From Vicugna vicugna (taxonomy: Eukaryota): a stretch of DNA of 64,000 nucleotides. How positions within the stretch are numbered: position 1 is the stretch's first letter; the number at the start of each line of letters is the position of its first letter. A program made the translations under genes and the position numbers. The notes under the pieces were generated by a model. It saw only the letters and a program-made list of their open reading frames with translations, was not told where the DNA came from and did not search any database. This document shows, one piece after another, positions 62,890-64,000 of the stretch. The DNA is taken from NCBI GenBank assembly GCA_013265495.1, contig MU058423.1, positions 8,603,627 to 8,667,626 on the forward strand, in the 5' to 3' direction.

Positions 62890-64000
62890 AGAGTTTCTCT
62901 TGTGGACAAGATAAAGGGTTGGACTTACCGTTACAACTGAATGAAAAAGCCAGAGAAAATACATGAAACAAAGTTTTTCAGTCACCGAATACGAGGTTGC
63001 AAAGAACAATGATATCTGAGGGAGTGGAAGCAAATGAGGTTAAGTCTTCTGCCCAGACTGACTGCCTGGAGAGGGTTTCCAGGCTATAAATGCAGGAGAG
63101 GAAGAACCCAGGCAGGGCCTGAGGACCTTCTGAGACTGAGGAGAAGGAGCTGGACGTCGAGAGAGGCCGGGAGTGGTGGAGTGTGCAGGACAGAGTACCC
63201 CAGAGAGGAGAGAGCTACCCCGGGAGAGCTCTGGAAATCTTCAGAAAATGTTCAAGTCTTCCCCAAGCTGGGCTACCATAGTGCACGCATGTAGGGCAAC
63301 CACCCACATCTGGGGACAGATCACCCAATGAGAACAAGGGGAGCCACTCTTGGGGTTCCGTAGGGCAAAGGATAATTTGTGCTCCCTCCAACAAGAGTGG
63401 GAGAAACTCATAAATCATGAGATATCAGGGAGAGGACTCAGAAGAGTACTGATTCAGTAAAAAGAGAAAATCGGCCCCAGACTAAAGGTTGCTCCAGTCC
63501 CATATAACCCTACTTAAAAAATAAGGCCCCCAAAGGGTCAAATTTTCTCCAACTAACTTAACTATGGCCTAGAACAAAAGCTCAAGAATTTTTTAAGAAT
63601 ATGACATACCCAGCACCAAGCATGATACAATTCACAATGTCTTGCATCTAATTAAAAAAAAAATTAAAGATCCTAAAAGAGCAGGAATATATGACTCCTA
63701 TTGAGCAGATGAGTCAATCAATAGAAACAGACCCAGAAATGACACATATGAAAGAATAAGTGACAAGAATATTAAACGCTATTATAATGATATTCAATAC
63801 ATTCAAGAAGGTGAAGGAAAGCTTGAGCATGGTGAGTGAAGGCCCAAGAAGAAATACCAGTCATGAAGACTACAATGTCTGGGATTTAGAAGCACACACA
63901 CACATACACACAAGATGTGATTAACAGCAGATTAAACAATGTAGAAGAAAAGACAAGTGAACTAGAAAATATAGCAATTAAAACCATTCAAAATGAAAAA
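62890..64000 (+). mobile_element. L1 (L1MC/MD-like) 5'-UTR and start of ORF1, running off the window
   Basis: aaagccagagaaaatacatgaaacaaagtttttcag ... ctgcctggagagggtttccaggct ... atagaaacagacccagaaatgacaca ... ttaacagcagattaaacaatgtagaagaaaagacaagtgaactagaa. Confidence 0.85.

Noticed and set aside
1..64000. All ORFs in the supplied six-frame track as genes
   Set aside because: All are short (at most 148 aa), often low-complexity or inside TEs, many start at non-ATG codons, and none resembles a protein family I recognise apart from TE remnants. No consistent multi-exon chain was found.
1..64000. CRISPR array, operon or other prokaryotic-type system
   Set aside because: The sequence is mammalian. 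There is no repeat-spacer periodicity, and the 36-bp repeat occurs only twice, 766 bp apart.

Overview
This window is mammalian nuclear DNA, not microbial. It is AT-rich, CpG-depleted and largely a mosaic of decayed transposable elements: MIR, L2, old and younger L1, MaLR/ERVL/ERV1 LTRs and hAT DNA transposons. The L1 3'-UTR types, together with no recognisable Alu, B1, Bov-A/Bov-tA, PRE-1 or Can-SINE, point to a cetartiodactyl, most likely a camelid (inference from remembered consensus sequences). I found no protein-coding gene, RNA gene or CRISPR array. The supplied ORFs are chance or repeat-derived, and the only recognisable protein homologies are dead L1 ORF1/ORF2 and ERVL pol remnants. 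I see no evidence for a new biological system. The most notable structure is local: (i) a solo MER41-like ERV1 LTR with a perfect GAS/STAT site nested inside an L1 3' end; (ii) several short templated or fold-back duplications that look like repair scars; (iii) two ~115-140 bp tandem duplications that may be assembly artefacts; (iv) a nested L1 cluster; and (v) CpG-retaining unique patches that may be enhancers. Repeat family names come from recalled consensus similarity, not a database search. Boundaries are approximate unless a target-site duplication (TSD) is cited.
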